Shown: positions 1 to 12,550 of the stretch, piece after piece
Numbering within the stretch: the stretch's first letter is position 1
Layout of the letters: the number at the start of each line of letters is the position of its first letter
Assembly: GCF_009834535.1 (NCBI RefSeq)
Contig: NC_045696.1
Location: 81,284,001 to 81,348,000, forward strand
Direction of reading: 5' to 3'
Length of the DNA stretch: 64,000 nt
DNA from: Camelus ferus
Lineage: Eukaryota
Notes under the pieces: generated by a model
Seen by the model: the letters and a program-made list of their open reading frames with translations, nothing else
Databases searched by the model: none
What the model was told of the DNA's origin: nothing
Position numbers and translations under genes: made by a program

Positions 1-1096
1 GAGCAGGATCTAGGAGAGAAAGCGAGGCTAGATTCCAGAAGCTGGAGGATGAAATCACAGTAGTGCATGCATTCATTCACTTAAGAATGAATGAGTGTGC
101 TATGCTCTGGGGCGAGAGCAGTGAATAAGGCAGACACGGGCACTATCTTCTGTAATCTTACCTTCCAGCACTGAGTGAAAGACATTTGACAAACAGTTGA
201 ACAGTTATTTGATCAGAGTTCTGATTAACTGATTAACTTTCACAGAGTGTATGGAGTGTATTAAGAGAGAATTTAAGAAGGAATCTGACCTGTCTGGGTG
301 GCCAGTACGTTCCCTGATAAAGTGACAACTACGTGAGGTCAGAGGATGGGTAGATTAGTGGCATTGGTAGGGCTGACTTCCTCATCAATATGTTGGCTTT
401 CTTAATGACTCAAAGCTCACCTTTTGTTTTCCCTTTGTGGAAAGTCTTCTCTCTCTCATTAAAGCCTTCTGACTTTAATGAGCCCAGAACAGGAACCGGG
501 CATTAGCCGTCTTGGCACCTCCTGCAGAGCGTGCTGACCTAGGGCCTGGCACGTAGCAGATGCTATGCAAAATGGTATTATATTTGTAAAAGCAAGAGGC
601 CAGAGAAAATAAAATGAATTGAAAGACGGATAAAGGAAAAACAAATTCAAATTACAAGCCACAGCAACTTTGATAGTTATTTTTTTCTGGTAACCAAAGC
701 TAAAAGGGAAGACATTATCATTTATACTGTTAATAGGATCAGAAAAGCAGACCCATTCCCATTCCTGTGGGCTGAATTGTAGGTGGAGGAGTCTTGAGGA
801 TTTGTGATGGATTTTGGCCAAATGAATGACAACACTTCTAGGGTTAAAACTTTTTGTGCATATTGTTATTATTATGGTGTCTCTTGCAGACATTTTTTAT
901 TTTTCACTCCATGGCACCAACGATTCCCATAGGAGACAATATGCCAATACCTCATCCAGCTAAGGGGCCTAGACAATCACTCCTTCTCTGCCAGGAAACC
1001 AATCCCTCCTCAGTCACATTACATTATATGTTTTCTTCTTAACTGGGTAACTCCCATATGGTCTGCATCAAGGTCTTCATAAAGACTTACAGGTCA

Positions 1097-1200
1097 TTTT
1101 TATTTTAGTTTTTATCCCCCTTAACGGAGGCACTGGGGATTGAACCCAGGACCTCATGCATGCCGAACACGGGCTCTACCACTGAGCTATACCCTGCCCC
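1097..1200 (-). mobile_element. tRNA-derived SINE (camelid Vic-1 type)
   Basis: Reverse strand ggggcagggtatagctcagtggtagagc...gtcctgggttcaatccccagtgcctcc: A and B boxes plus A-rich tail. Confidence 0.85.
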
Positions 1201-1405
1201 ACCACATGGCCTTTAAAATTCAGCTCACACTTGAATGTCTCAGCTGTCTTCCCTGGTGCCTCCATTAGGTTAGCTACCTATATCTCTCACGTTAGTAATT
1301 TTGCATGTTATTTGTGTCATTCTTTGATTTTCATTTGTGTTCCCCACTAGATTATAGTAAGTTTCATGGTGGGAGAGCTTGACTCTGTTATGTCCATTGT
1401 TGCAT

Positions 1406-1579
1406 TACAGTCAGCCCTCTGTGCTCACAGTGTTAGTTGAATCCAAGGATGTGTAACCCATGGATACGGCGGGCTGACTGTACTACAACATTTACATAAA
1501 GGATTTGAGCATCTGTGGATTTTGGTATCCATGAGGGATCCTGGAATCAATCCTTTACAGGTACTGAAGGATGACTATA
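1406..1579 (-). mobile_element. Tigger/MER2-group non-autonomous DNA transposon
   Basis: TA-flanked cagtcagccctc...gaaggatgactata termini; ttgagcatctgtggattttggtatcc motif also present, inverted and degenerate, in the copy at 8757. Confidence 0.75.
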
Positions 1580-1591
1580 TTATATATCATA

Positions 1592-1638
1592 TATTATTTA
1601 TTATTATTATTACTATTACTATTATTATTATTATTATT
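1592..1638. repeat. (TAT)n microsatellite
   Basis: Visible tandem tat/tac units. Confidence 0.9.
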
Positions 1639-3089
1639 AGGCACTGTGCCTAGGATATAGTAGATGGGTAAATATTTGTTGAATGAATTCATTTAGTTTA
1701 GAGTTAACATACAACAAATCCAAGTGCTGCCTGCAGGATGTTGTGGCAAAGTCCCAAGTTCTATCAATGCTGCGGTGAAGAGATGTGGACTTAGGCAACC
1801 AATTGAACCACTCGGGGTCTGTGTCCTTGAATCTATAAATATATAGTTCACAGGTGCTTAACCTCATCTTGAGATAATATTAGAGCATCCATATATGCTT
1901 AAGTCTCATTTAATTTTTCATACATTTTAACATTTAGTAAACTATGATTTCAAAAAAAAAAAAACTAAGCTGTATGTCATATACCACCTTTGAATGCACT
2001 AGAAGACGGCAACCTCTCAGTCCATGCTCTAGGTTACTCCAGTCATGTGCAGAGTGTCATTACATCTGAAGATTCCACCGAAATCTCAAGGCAACCTTTT
2101 AAAAAGTAATTGCTATTATTTGCAATTAATTATCTTAGGAAATAAAGATTTTCTCTATCCTTCAGAACAAACAAAACTGAAAATGAATAAGATACTGAAG
2201 CTGACACATGATTTTAAATTTTTTTCAAAAATTCTACATTTGCTTTCACTAAAATACTCCCTTTGTTGTCATTGATTAACTTTATAACCAGATATTACAT
2301 AGTTAAACTTATAAAAATAACTATTTACTAACTTTAAAAGTCTAGTTTTTGTTGATGTTGTATATTGGCATCCTGAATAAAAGTTCTAGTTGAGGAAGGG
2401 ATTTCAGCACTAAAATTATTTAAAAAAATTTTTAAATCACATCCTAGAAGATGTCAGTAATCCCTACAAATTCTAATGATCAATGATTCTTTAACGATAA
2501 ATTGTCTTTTCAATCTTTCTGTCACATTCAGTCAGCATCAAAGGTGAGAATGATAGACAAGTTCAGACAAATGCCTGCCTAATGCCAACAGGTGCTGCGG
2601 GAAGCAGGGCGGTGAGCAGGCGCACAGGTGTTCTAGCCGGCGTCTGCACAGCTGGGGGATAGTGGCACTTAGGAGTCTGTGCACCTCATACTTCCTTGTA
2701 GAGTGTAAACTGACCAGTTCCTTGGATCGTTAAAAGAATTACATGCAGTTTTATCCCCGTTCCATGGATTGAGAGCTGAACATTAGGCAAATTAGAACAC
2801 ACTAATATTAAGTGTCTTATTAATTCCGTTTTTTAATCCTACCATATTGTAGGTGCTTAAAGTGTGTTCCCCTGTGTAATAAATATGCAACTTAAAAATC
2901 CCTCCTTTATCCCCTGAAATCATTCACAAGCAAATAGTATGTGCTGACAAGCTTCTGTAATTGGAGGACCAAAGGCAGGTTTCTCTTCAGTCCAAGCTTA
3001 AGGTGCTCCTCGACTCTTCTTTCGTGATTAGCAGCTTTGGTTTTTATCACCATGAGTAACTCCCCTTCTCCTGTTTAGGAGTTTTCAGT

Positions 3090-3290
3090 ATAGAATTAAG
3101 AGCCGTGGCTTTAAAATGAGACGAATCTGGCTTTGGATCTTAGTTCTAACATTTAATATAGGAATGAACTCTGACACTCATTTTCTTATTTGTTAAATAG
3201 GATTATTAAAAACATGTCTTCATAGAGCTGTTCTGAGTATTAAATAAGATTATATGCATACAGCCTCTGGTACAGAAGAACATCACATAA
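3090..3290 (+). mobile_element. MIR SINE
   Basis: ctcattttcttatttgttaaatagg...catagagctgttctgagtattaaataag. Confidence 0.6.
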
Positions 3291-3389
3291 GGCTGTCTTT
3301 GGCTGTATTTATGACCATGGTTTTGATCATCATATCGTCATCAAAGGTAGTCAGTGGCTTGAAAGCATTACCTGGAATCATCCATTTTC

Positions 3390-3656
3390 TTGCATTTGAA
3401 AACCACTGTCTCTTCACATTTTATCATCCTCCAGGAGGCCAGTTCTAGTTTTTCACAAGAAAGTGTTCTCTGTAAGCAACAAGAGAGGGCCACCCCAACA
3501 CACACTATTCAAGTCTCTGCTGCATCACGTATACCAACGTCCCATAGGCCAAAGCAAGTCACACAGCCAAGCACAGAGACAAGGATAAGTGGACCCCACC
3601 TCTTCATGTGGGAGGCCACCAAATATCCAGGCCATTTTTGCTTTTGGTCTGCCACA
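3390..3656 (-). mobile_element. MaLR MLT1-type LTR fragment
   Basis: gtcccataggccaaagcaagtcacacagccaagc...tctgccaca terminus. Confidence 0.65.
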
Positions 3657-6600
3657 AATACAAAGCAATAAATAGATTCCTACGATCTTGAGAGAAAAAC
3701 GATCTTCTTTATGTTGATTATAAAGCTTTGCTTAAATAAATACTTAATTATTTCTAAGCCCTGAGAGTAACAGATAGGTATTCTTATTCCCATTTACAGG
3801 TGAAAATAACTGACATGGAGAATTTAAATGGCCATGCCTGAGGTTGACCTAGACAAGATTTTTGAAGTCTTCTGATTGAAACAATGGTTCTTCCCAGAGT
3901 ATTGGACTTGGCTTATTAAAATTACTTCTTTTTAAAATTTGTGACAATTTGGTACCATTACTTTATGTTTCATTATGACCCAGTGGTCATTAGTTTCTCA
4001 GTGAGCTTCATCCAGTGCTTAATTCTGAAGACATAAGAGTAATCCATTTACAAAACAGAAGATAACTTTCTTCTAACTGGTAATCTAATTCTGGCCTCAG
4101 TTGTTGTCATCTCTGTCTTTTTGAAAGAATCATCAGCCATCTCCCTCAACAAGCCATATTGTGAGAGAGTGGACTGCTTGTGAAATGGTTAAATGAGTTC
4201 TTATGGTCATAGTAAGTACCTCCCTTCCGATTTCACTGAATAACTATGGCCGTCATTGCTCTAGACTAGAAATCTGGATGGACAGCAGCCCTGAAGGCCT
4301 GATAAGTTGCATGCTCACTTACAAGGTCATATAAGATCAAGCTCAAGGTTCTGTAATAAAGCTACATAACCATGACCCACAGTGGTTCCATAATTGTGTT
4401 TGGAAACAGTGCGATTTAAACCTAAAATTCAAGTTACTTACATCCTTGCCCTCCTACCCTTGTTATTTATTTATTTTTTGGTGGAGGAGATTAATAAGAA
4501 TGTTTATTTTGTATTACACTTTAGAACTTTCACATACTTTAATTTTCACAAAGGACTGAGACATGTAATAATAGTATAAAATCTGTCTCATTATAGATGA
4601 GAAAACTTAGGTTCCAAAAGGTAGGTTGCTTTCCTGAGATCATGCAGCCAGAAAGGAGTGGAGCCCAAACTGAGCATGCACTCCGCCTGCCCCCACTCAT
4701 TTTCCTGACTCAGTGCATATGCCCCCTTCATTGTCACATCAACTCAGTTTACCTTTGCGAAGTGATGGAGAACATGCTGACGCCATTCTGATCTCCAAAA
4801 CTTATTTATGTTGGATTTGATTGTGTACTGAATTACACTGTTGTTTAACTGTTTCATAAGTTCTTATGGTAAGCATTATTAGGCACTTTTTCCCCCTCTA
4901 ATTCTCCCACGTCAGCCACCATCCCGTTAAGAACCCAGGAAGCAGGCAACTAATACTTATAGAAGCAGCCCAGCTCCTCACTAAGAATGACCGAAGCTGA
5001 GACCGTCAGGCTGCCATTGCAAAGTGACTTGTGTTTTACTGTCTCCTGTAGTTTCTTCTTTAGTGGAAAGCAGCTGTCGATGCCAGGCTGCCCGGAAACC
5101 CTCAGGTTTGTTTTCTCCCCTTCTACTTAGGCTTCCCTAAAGTACACCCGCTCGCATCCTACATTCATCCATGATTATTTGGCCCCACATGGTGGGTTTC
5201 AGATAGCTAATATGCACCATCACCAGACAATTTGAGGCCTGCTGCAGGGACCCTTCAACAAGTTGAAGGATTGTGAAGGTCCTTCTCTCCTTAGGCCCGC
5301 GTTGATAACCTCAGGGAATATTTCTTTGGTCAGCAGTGTGCCATCCCCTCCCCCAGCCCCCAGCCCAGCCCCTCACTCCTCTCCTCCCCTCCAGAAGCTG
5401 TGAAGGCCACGTGCTTCTCCATAGTTCAGCATCTCAATTGTACAGTCTATACTGAGAGTACCTAGTCCTCGACTTAGTTCAGCCATATGATACATAACAG
5501 GCTTAGGTCTCCTAGGTTTGCAGCTCTCCATTGCTTTTTCCTAAAGCTTATTTTTGTGTAGGCAGGAAATGTCAGCATTTCACCACTCTCCTCATCTTAT
5601 TTCCATCAGTTCCTTTCAAGCTGTAAGGAATGCTGCTGTAAGTGAGTGGGCCCTTTGCAGGTATTCATCCTTTTATTCATATTTATTTGCAGGCATGTTG
5701 CTTGATGCTGGGATGTTATAGACAGCAAAAGCAGGAAGGATTGCTGTGATTATAGTTTTTATGGATTGGTACGGAAGGGAGGCTTCAATCATATGAATAG
5801 ACAGATAAATGTGGATGGTAATTCTGGTAGATGCTACAAAGGAAGAGGCATGCCGTTCTCTGTGGGATTAGAACCACGTCAGGCAGATCAGAGAGAGCTT
5901 TGCTGGGGAAGGGACTCTGGAACTGAGATCTAAAGGCAGAAGAGAGCTTACAATCCATGGAGAAGAGTGTTAAGGAAAAGGGCAATTATGACACCGTGTG
6001 ACCCATACCTCTATTCCAGTACCAACAAATATGTGTGCAGGTTCGGAGGTGGACAAGATGTAGTGGGAAGACTTGACATTACCTGAGAGAATTCAGGAAA
6101 ATGTCCCGGAGGAGTGTCGATTAAACTCAACCAGGAATGATGAGTAGAAAGTATGTGCAGAAGAGGAAGGGGAAAGAAGACACACATGGGAGACTCCGGA
6201 AGGGCCCAGCAGTGTGGAGACACTGGAGGGAGGCCAAGTTAGCTAGAGGAGGCGAGGGTACAGACGGAGACACACCGTGAGTAATGGTAATGGTGATGTA
6301 ACGTCTTACACTCAGAGAGTCCTACTGCTGCATCTCAGATAATTTGCCTGGGCTAGAAATTTTTTTCCACCAACCTCAAAAATAAAATACTTTTTAAAAG
6401 TCCAATTGATGTGTACACATCAAAATGAAATTATGGGAGAACACACAGTCTTCACCGGTGATGCCAGGTCCTCTAAAAAGGCGCAAGTTAGTGGGCTCCA
6501 AATGGAAACTCGGAATGAATGACATCTGAGTGAGGAAACTTACTCCGCAGGAGGGTTATCCCTTTGCACATCCGTGGCACTGCCACATTCCCCCTTTCTT

Positions 6601-7116
6601 TTCATGTGTAGTTTCCTGAAGGTGAGACGGTGCTCCTGCTCTACGCACATCCTCAGATCTAGGGAACTTACTCTTGCTCCCTTTCCCATCTGACTTTCAT
6701 CGTCTTCAGTCAGGGACTTCAATAAAAGGAGACTTCAAAGAAAATGAACCCAACAAATTTTAAATTGAAGAGCCTGTATTTTTTTTTCTTTTCATTTTTC
6801 TTAATCTACCCTATACCAAGTATGATCAGTGATAGGTACTTGATGGACTTAGTTCCCAGAGGCCTAGAGTGAATTTTATCTCAATAGATTGTCTGCCTTG
6901 ATCTCTTCCAGGGGAAGGGATGAGAATTTTTTTTCCCCAGCAGGTTGCATGCGATGTTGACTTGCTGTACAAACAGAAGCCCCCTTGGACTGCCAATGTG
7001 TTGTCTTGTAAATTTTTTCTTTGTAGTCAAGAAAGAAAGTCAAGTTATATGATAATTATGCTTGTTTAGTACCATAGGAGAAAAAACTAAAAGAAATAAT
7101 TACATAGTGGATATAG

Positions 7117-7365
<249 letters not shown>

Positions 7366-7574
7366 TGAATGGTCCATTTCTCTATCCTCAATACTAAGTT
7401 CGATTAGGTGTTATGATTTCCATAACATTGTGTTTTCAAGGTTTTCTCCCATTTCCTTGAATACCTTTCCATCTTTTCAGTATCTCTACCTTCTATCCCT
7501 TAATGTGGACCATCTCTAAAGCCAGTTTTTTCCCACTAATGACTACCTTTCTTGAGTTTTTATTATATTTTAGG

Positions 7575-8700
7575 TACCATGCTATTTTTTTAATGAATTA
7601 TATCATTTATTCAGGCTCTTTGAGGTGGACATTATTACTGTCTTTACTTTTTGGATAACAAAACTAAGGTTTACAGAGAAGTAAACTCATGTCCCATATT
7701 TTTGCTTAAACATCTTTGCTGCAAGCAGTTTCATCACACAACTAATTGGCCATAAGACAATTGTCCTGTAAAATATAAAATAATGAACAGAAAATAAAAT
7801 AAGGGACAAAATTAAATATGAAAAATTAATAATTTTAAAAAGATTTCATCATGAAGAATGAAAATTCCAAAAAATATTTTAAAACATTTAAAATGTATGT
7901 AGATTTATGGTCATAGTTGTATTCAGGTATGTTTTAGAGAAAGCGGGCATTGTATTCGGGTATATTTTAGACTTTTTCCACGTCCATCATTAAGGATTCA
8001 AGATCTAATGTTGGATTTAAGTTCTTCACAATATGAAAAAATTCTGTCCTAAGTCTCTTTAGATTTCCCGGGGAGTAGGATTAACAGATGAAGATGCTGC
8101 TGTTTCTTATCAGTCTCTGTAACCTGTATAACTGGTGGTACATATCTGGACTATATTTAAATGTTCCTTCCCAGGCCCAGTCCTTATATTTCATCAAATC
8201 ATCTAAGCCAGATTCTGTGCCAAATACCAAAATTCTGTCCACATTACGTTCTCCACTATCAAATTGCAAGAAATTTTTTACCGTCTTTAAAAAACTTACA
8301 CTCATCAGGAATCACATAACCACGTCTTTTGCGGAGGGGGTGGATAGGAGCTTGATTCTTGTTTTGCCTCCAGCTTCTAATACTGCATGACAAATTTGGT
8401 AGAGAGGACATTACAGAACAAGCTGTTGTATCTAAATTAGCACAAGAATCCATCATTAATGCTCTCGAAGGCTGTTGTCAAACGAAATTGTTAAGTAGTT
8501 ATTGTGTCTTGTATGGCAGATTTGTCTTGGGGCCAATTCATTGTGTGGCAAAACTGCTTGTGGCAAAAATTCTTACAGTGAAAATACCTAGAGCCAAATA
8601 AACTGCCCTGTGGTCTGGCTGGAAATGGTGGAGCTGGGGTCTAACCAAGCGCTGCGTGAATCTTTCTCCTTGTCTATCACTAATGTGTGGATGACTGAAA
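7575..8700 (-). mobile_element. MIR SINE split by the MULE element (7575-7687 and 8596-8700)
   Basis: aaactaaggtttacagagaagtaaact | gccctgtggtc...gagctggggtctaaccaag rejoins into the MIR core (gaaactgaggctcagagaggttaagtaacttgccc...gagctgggatttgaaccc). Confidence 0.7.
7688..8595 (-). mobile_element. Mutator-like (MULE/MuDR) DNA transposon fossil, internally deleted, with decayed transposase
   Basis: Inverted repeats 7715-7760 vs 8522-8567 (37/46 identical). 9-bp TSD aagtaaact (7679-7687) / aaataaact (8596-8604). Minus-strand peptides FLQFDSG..DRILVFGT..WAWEGTFK..YHQLY, LLPGKSKET*DRIF and LMMDVEK resemble the MULE DDE core. Confidence 0.85.
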
Positions 8701-8756
8701 TTTAAATTCAGACTCCACGAGTAAAACACCTATGACAGTATCTGATACTCTGTAGG

Positions 8757-9082
8757 TACAGTCATCCCTCGGTTTCTGAGGGGAACTGATTCTAGGACCA
8801 CCTGGATAGCAAAATGCCCAAATCTCTTATATAAAATGGTATACTATTTGCATATAACACTGTACACATCTTCCCATGTACTTTATCTCTACATAACTTA
8901 TAACACCTAATATAATATAAATGCTATGTAAATAGCTATAAATGCTACATAGATAGTTGGTGACTTGTGGGCAAATTTAAATTTTGATTTTTGCAACTTT
9001 CTGCAATTTTTTTTTCTGAATATTTTCCATCTCATTGGTTGAATCTGTGAATGCGGAGCCTGTGGCTAAGGAAGGCCAACTA
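8757..9082 (+). mobile_element. MER2-like (TcMar-Tigger) element
   Basis: tacagtcatccctcgg...tatttgcatataac...ggttgaatctgtgaatgcggagcc...aggccaact. Confidence 0.8.
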
Positions 9083-10288
9083 AACTCTCAAAGGTTCCTT
9101 CCCTTTCCTTTCCTTTCCTTTCTGTTCTCCGTCTACCTAGCCGCTTGCCCCAATCCTGTATCTCTGACAGTCTATGAGACAGCTCTAGTTGGCTGTTCCA
9201 CTAAGAACAAATTTAGTAAGTTTAATACCAAAACCACTATTCCTATCCCTGCGCAGCCCAGATTGCTCCTCTCACCTTTCCAATATCTGCCATTGGAAGT
9301 TTTATTGCTTAGTTCCATTGACAGGTTTACAATGCTGCCTTAATTTGACCTCCTTTGCCAATTTTATAACCACCCCATTAGTATGGGCCCAGTCAGTGGA
9401 AGCCTAGATTTTGTAATACCCCCTGTTTCTTCTTCTCTCTCTCTTGCTCTCATCTCTTCTCATTCCATGTGTTGTTGTTGGATTAATGGCTCTAAAAATA
9501 CTGTTTAACCACTAAGTGTCTTGCTCATTTTCCAGAGGTCTTAATATGTGTCTAACACAAAATTCACTGAATTATCCAGTGCTAACTATATGCCAAATTA
9601 TGTACTAACCTGTGTGGACCCAGTGACCACCATTTCATGGATAACTTCTCAAAGACCTCAATCTTGGCTAGAAGTTACTCTCTTAAGACATCAGACACCT
9701 ATAGTCCAGCTGAGATAAAATATATACAGTGAATGCAACTGGTGACCAAAAAGGATACGATAATGTTAGCTCAGAAAAATAACAAGATTTTCATGTAATT
9801 TGATATTCAATAGAAGAATATTTGGAAGTGAAAAGAGCTGCTGAGAATTTTTTTCCCTATAAGACCCATCTCTAAATTTAAAATAAAAATATACTTTAAG
9901 GTAAATAAACCCACTTTGTATGGTCACATTGATTTTATATATTTTTATGTGATTTCTGAAAGAGTTACAGTAAGATTTTAGTTGTGGCCTCTTAACTGTA
10001 TAGTAGATGTAAACGTGAAATTTAAAAATGTAAAAGTAGTATTTCTGTAATACTAAAGAAAGAGACATTACAGTAAGGGCTTAACTACAAAACTTGACTA
10101 TATCAGTTTTCTTAAGTTATAATAAACACATTAAAAATGCAAATAGCTAATTTAAGAAATTTGTTGAGAAAAAATTTAGTAGCCTAACTTAGAGATGATG
10201 AGTTTTTATAAATCATTGGTGGTGGTTTTATGGATAAAATATGAATAGTTGTTTTATGAATAAAAGTGATAGTATTGGTCCAAACCTG

Positions 10289-10335
10289 GTTATTGTTATT
10301 ATTACTATTATTATTATTATTATTACTGCTGTTAT
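10289..10335. repeat. Imperfect (TTA)n microsatellite
   Basis: Visible tandem; produces the spurious poly-Leu ORF. Confidence 0.85.
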
Positions 10336-11239
10336 TCTTGTTCAAGCCAATCATTGCTATGGGTACTTTTGAAAGCTTAGTTTCCCCGTGGCCTGCAGGT
10401 TCAGCAGGACATGATGAGATGGCTCAAGTTGGGACATCTCTGTGTTACCAAAGTTCTGCTACATGATCAAGGATCTAGCACTGTAGCAATGACCCCTGCC
10501 TTGCCATAAGCTGCAGCAGGTGACAAGTGGAGAAAGGTGGCTGTTTCGATGCTGTCTGCAGAAGCGCTTTTTGTTTGTTCAGAGCTATAGCTCCAGATTA
10601 AAAGACGGCGTTAATAGAGCCTTGGAACCACCTCCGGCTTATCACCTGAGGTAGTGCAACTATTTCCAGATGAGTCACCCCTGACTATTAATATCAGTCC
10701 TTTGAGTGATGGGCCAGATAGGACAGTTTTCTTGTTAGGTTGTACTACTAAAATTGGGGTATTTCTTTGCAAATCAGCGGCTAAGGAAGGAGAGGAGTGG
10801 TCAAGGAGAGCTTGACTTGTTTTCACCTTTTTCCTAATGCTGAGTTTTTTTTAGGCTGGAAAGAAAATTAGTTGTCATTTATTTTACTGGATCTTAGTGA
10901 AGCTCATTGTCTTTCTCAGGGCCTCTGAGCTCATTAATAGATGGACAGAGGACAAGAATGCAGATATTCTGAAACGTGACCGTTTAGTTTGACCTGAGGT
11001 TCTGTGAAAGGCACTGGAAGTTTTGGCTTTTTTTAAATGAGCAAAAGCTACACTCCATTTTCAGTTCAGACAGCACTGGGAGAAAGCAGGAAGGCTGTTT
11101 GCATGCATGGCACACACAGGAGGTTTTATGCCCTGGAAATGAGTCGCCACCCACCAGTTCTCACTCTGGCCAGTTGCTCTTCCCGTGGAGATGGCTGTGA
11201 TTGCTGGGAACCAAGAGCCTACATGTGCATATGTTCATT

Positions 11240-11800
11240 TTTTCATTCACTCATTCATTCATCCAACAAACACATATCAAGCACTTGCTAGGCACAAGGC
11301 ACTCTTCCAGACACTTAGGATATGTTGGTGAACAAAACCGATGAACGGCCCTACTTGCACGCAGCTTACATCCTTGCTACAGACCACAAACAATACACGT
11401 AATAAGTCAGGAAACTATTGAGAATGCTGGAAGAGCAAGGAAAGGTTAATGAGGACGCAGAAAGGAGTTGTGGTGGTCAGGGGAAGCCCCGCCGTGGAGA
11501 ACTCGAGGAAGGGCATTCCAGTCCTGGTATTTTCCAGGAATAACAACAAGGTGAGTGTGACCAGAAGATGTGGGAGGTGAGACCCAGGACCAGAGCAGGC
11601 AGGGCTTTACAGCACATTGGCAGGATGTCGGCTTTTACTCTGAGTGAGGAGGGGGCCACAGGAGGGTTTTGAAGGTGCAGGGGTAGAATCTGACCTACAG
11701 AGTAAAGGGGTCCCTCTGGTTACTGGGTTGAGACTAGACCAGATGAGGGCCAGAGTAGAAGCAGGAAGACCGGTTAGGAGATTGTTTCTGCAAACGGATG
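11240..11800 (-). mobile_element. L2 3' fragment
   Basis: cattcactcattcattcatccaacaaacacatatcaagcacttgct...ggcttttactctgagtga...gcaggaagaccggttaggag. Confidence 0.8.
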
Positions 11801-12299
11801 CCCTTCCTGAAGTTGGCAGAGGGGCATTGTAAGGAGTGATCACTTCCAAACCTGGGCACGTGGGGCAGAGCACTGCCTTCACATTCCATTTTCCCTAACT
11901 ACAAACAAATGCAGGTAGCAAAATGCAGCAGTTAGAGGCCCCATATTCTGCTTGGAAGACAGAGGGCCTCACATATGTCAGGTTTGTGACCACGCAGAGG
12001 ACTGTTCTGACCGTCCGCACCAGCAACCATCCATTAGCTTATATGTCACTGGGGATAAAAATACAAAGCTATGAATGCCTCCTGAGTGCAAGAGCATCAT
12101 TTCTTTTTCTAGTTCTTCTATTTGATGACAAACCAAAGAGGAATTTAGAAGAATGAAAGGCAGAACAGAAACTTAATAGCTGGGGAACTAATACCAGATT
12201 ACAATATTGGTGGGAACTTGGTTATGGAATATAATAGTGTGTACTTGTTCCAAGGCCTCTGACTCACTACATTTGGGCCATTTTGTGTTAGCTACAATG

Positions 12300-12550
12300 G
12301 CAAGGAATATTGATCACCTACTGTTCATGTGCCAAGTACTTTATTTGGTTGCATTGTCATATTATTTCACTGGAACTTTACAACCACTCTACAAATTAGC
12401 TGTTCTCATTATCACCACTGTACGGATGAGGAAATTAGGCTCAGAGAAGTTAAGAAGTTTGCCTGAGGTCTCAAAGAGGTAAGTGATGAAGCCAGTGTAT
12501 TAGCTAACCCCAAGCTGCCTGATGCTAGAATCAAGCCCTTGAACTCTACA
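12300..12550 (-). mobile_element. MIR SINE
   Basis: gatgaggaaattaggctcagagaagttaagaagtttgcctgaggtc. Confidence 0.7.

Noticed and set aside
70..93. cattcattc/gaatgaatg hairpin from L2-type tail repeats as a miRNA precursor
   Set aside because: Only a 9-bp stem, far too short for a pre-miRNA
1121..1200. tRNA-like sequences (also at ~13950, ~25350, ~41830, ~55985)
   Set aside because: Degenerate stems, A-rich tails and TSDs in several copies show they are SINEs, not tRNA genes
7917..7971. ~22-nt direct repeat (ttgtattc.ggtat.ttttaga) as a CRISPR-like or functional array
   Set aside because: Only two copies inside the transposon fossil; an ordinary local duplication in eukaryotic DNA
8081..8456. 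Domesticated transposase gene in the MULE element
   Set aside because: Several frameshifts, an in-frame stop, first catalytic D read as E, and no C-terminal part; a fossil rather than a gene
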